Shown piece by piece: positions 63,731 through 64,000 of a stretch of 64,000 nt of DNA (positions are counted from its first letter, which is position 1; each line of letters opens with the position of its first letter). The notes below the pieces were generated by a model. It saw only the letters and a list, made by a program, of their open reading frames with translations. It was not told the origin of the DNA and ran no database searches. This stretch comes from Paraspadella gotoi (lineage: Eukaryota > Animalia > Chaetognatha). The stretch is from positions 744,437-808,436 of the forward strand of contig JBJCIZ010000028.1 of NCBI GenBank assembly GCA_051294375.1, read 5' to 3'. The translations under genes were made by a program, and so were the position numbers.

Positions 63731-64000
63731 TGGGCGACGGTCATTTAATCCAGTTATCGTCTCTTGTTTTTTCACTATTTTCTATTTTTATATTTTATCA
63801 AGAATTGACTATTTAATCTTTATTCTTTAAATAAATATGTATTGCTTTCTTAAAATTTTTTTACTTATCATTATATCTAATAACTCATTTTGGGAAGGGG
63901 AAGTCAGTGTTGTCTTCTGGAAAAAGAGGGAGCATCTATACAACACAAGGTTAGATTACAATCTGCCCTAATTTTCTAATAGATATTACACATCATTCCT

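Overview
Eukaryotic (metazoan, invertebrate-like) draft genomic DNA with CpG-rich exons and AT-rich, repeat-laden introns. Ten spliced housekeeping genes all lie on the + strand: TMEM181, TAF2, PP1-beta, MPP10, GPS2-like, PTBP, LMAN2/VIP36, DGCR6, SELENOF (in-frame UGA plus SECIS) and an SLC25A15-like carrier that runs off the right edge. Two ~4 kb near-identical duplications (PTBP; LMAN2 3' end-DGCR6-SELENOF exon 1) look like uncollapsed haplotypes and expose presence/absence transposon insertions. The first 3.2 kb is compositionally foreign: a Helentron/HINE-like repeat, an orphan acidic ORF and a circovirus/CRESS-like capsid remnant beside a hairpin module. The most notable patterns are (1) G-rich 5' and C-rich 3' intron ends that are often complementary, together with weak splice sites, (2) same-strand tight gene packing with unpaired acceptor-like sites (possible operon/trans-splicing), (3) a candidate U12 intron, (4) an R-x-D-x repeat in GPS2, and (5) tRNA-headed elements and Penelope-type mini-hammerheads in introns. 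All identifications come from reading the sequence and recalling family motifs; no searches were run.
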